Made by a program: the position numbers and the translations under genes. DNA of 60,758 nucleotides, filler included, from Dimargaris cristalligena (taxonomy: Eukaryota), in assembly GCA_003614675.1 (NCBI GenBank). It is 12 parts of 12 records of this genome, joined end to end, with 100 filler letters (N's around TTAATTAATTAA, not from the genome) between each part and the next. Parts side by side here need not be neighbours in the genome. Positions count along the whole stretch, not along the records: positions 55,822 to 60,758 come from ML003706.1; 11 more parts are not named here. The stretch is one strand, 5' to 3'. This document shows, piece after piece, positions 59,801 to 60,758 of this stretch. The notes beneath the pieces were generated by a model. That model did no database searches. It was not told the origin of the DNA and saw nothing but the letters and a program-made list of their open reading frames with translations. Position 1 is the first letter of the stretch. The number at the start of each line of letters is the position of its first letter.

Positions 59801-60758
59801 GGAGTTTGGCGACTTGGCTGGTTCCAATGGCCAGGATGGCTCCTTGACTGATGTCAGCAGCACTCCCATTCCTTCCTCTTCTAACTCCCCGCGTGCAGGT
59901 CCTAGCCGCTCGGACGAGGGCCCATTTGGTACCAGTCCTGTGCACCCCACATACCGGGATGACACTCCAATTTCCACTGACGAAACCGAAGGCGTGGAAC
60001 AGATTGGCGATTGCGAGGAATCTGGAAAATTGAACAAATACATCCCCTTACCCCGTCGCCACCAAAGTCTGCGCCGCGCGTCCATCGCATCCGTGGGCGA
60101 GATCAACCGTCGTAAACTACAGTCCCACCAGGAACGGGGCCAGATCATGACGGTGGAAGAATCGGCCAAGGGGAGTGTCGAATGGTCGGTCTACAAGGCC
60201 TACGCCCAAGCCTGCTCGTGGTCCTCCATTGCCCTGTACCTCGGCACTTTGGTGGCCAGCAAACTGCTTAATGTGGGCAGTAACCTGTGGCTCAAGCACT
60301 GGTCTAACGTTAACGAGTTCACCCCGCCCGGCGAAGTGGACAACGGCTACTATCTGGGGGTGTATGGCTCGCTCGGACTGGCATCGTCCATCTTCTCTGT
60401 GATTATGTCCATTGTGGTTTGGGTATTCTGCGCCATCCGCGCCGCCCGGGCTACCCATGATACTATGCTTAACCGGGTGTTACGTTCCCCAATGTCGTTT
60501 TTCGACACCACTCCCCTGGGCCGCATTCTGAACCGTTTCTCCAAAGACCAAAACACTATTGACGTTGTCCTACCTCGCTCGTTTACCGGGTATTTCAACA
60601 CCCTTACCAACTTGATTGTGGTGATGATGGTTATCATTTCGTCTACCCCCACATTTATGGCTCTCTTTGTACCCTTGACGGTCCTTTACATTATTATCCA
60701 GCGCTACTACCTGACTACCTCCCGCGAGCTGAAGCGCCTCGACTCGACCACCCCCCCC
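56843..60758 (+). CDS. YCF1: ABCC/MRP transporter, Ycf1-like; exons 56843-56896, 57091-57387, 57636->60758 (3' truncated)
   Basis: N-terminus CLDSEGW|GPW...DLTTCFEDG, then SPEEEANIFSRIFFTWM and GIKVIKLYAWE. Walker A GRVGSGKSS, signature LSGGQKAR, Walker B YLLDDPLSAVD. Linker LRRAS and TMD2 motif FFDTTPLGRILNRFS. Exon 3 is absent from the ORF track because it has no stop in the window. Confidence 0.9.

Noticed and set aside
35615-60758. NRPS, ABCC transporter and secreted protein as a biosynthetic gene cluster
   Set aside because: They lie on different contigs joined only by spacers, so there is no evidence of linkage.
1-60758. tRNA, rRNA or CRISPR arrays
   Set aside because: None were recognised by eye. 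A covariance-model scan (tRNAscan-SE or Infernal/Rfam) would be needed to exclude small ncRNAs in the long intergenic tracts, such as 27300-29400 and 52200-54000.

Overview
This window is not one locus. It is 12 unrelated contigs of about 4.9-5.0 kb, sorted by decreasing length and joined by artificial 100-nt spacers (44 N + TTAATTAATTAA + 44 N). The contigs are 1-5001, 5102-10100, 10201-15191, 15292-20280, 20381-25365, 25466-30440, 30541-35514, 35615-40581, 40682-45636, 45737-50683, 50784-55721 and 55822-60758. The DNA is from an intron-poor eukaryote with GT-AG introns and fungal-type genes. By inference it is an early-diverging fungus, possibly Zoopagomycota (Dimargaris-like). Host genes are NDUFAF3, UBP6, PTH2, RTC5 (partial), a YCF1/ABCC transporter (partial), an intronless NRPS 3' part (T-C-A-T-E/CT), two F-box/LRR paralogues, an APH-like kinase fragment and orphan secreted proteins. 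The rest is repeat-rich: two decayed Ty3/gypsy-order retrotransposons, four LTR-like families and a 144-bp ATAT-flanked MITE. The three most notable observations are: (1) a Ty3/gypsy element with a hidden dUTPase between gag and protease, the betaretrovirus-like order, which the ORF track misses; (2) repeat-targeted C-to-T hypermutation at CpG and also CpA with almost no indels, which is RIP-like; (3) apparent spreading of that mutation from an LTR into a neighbouring secreted-protein gene, which is now a pseudogene.
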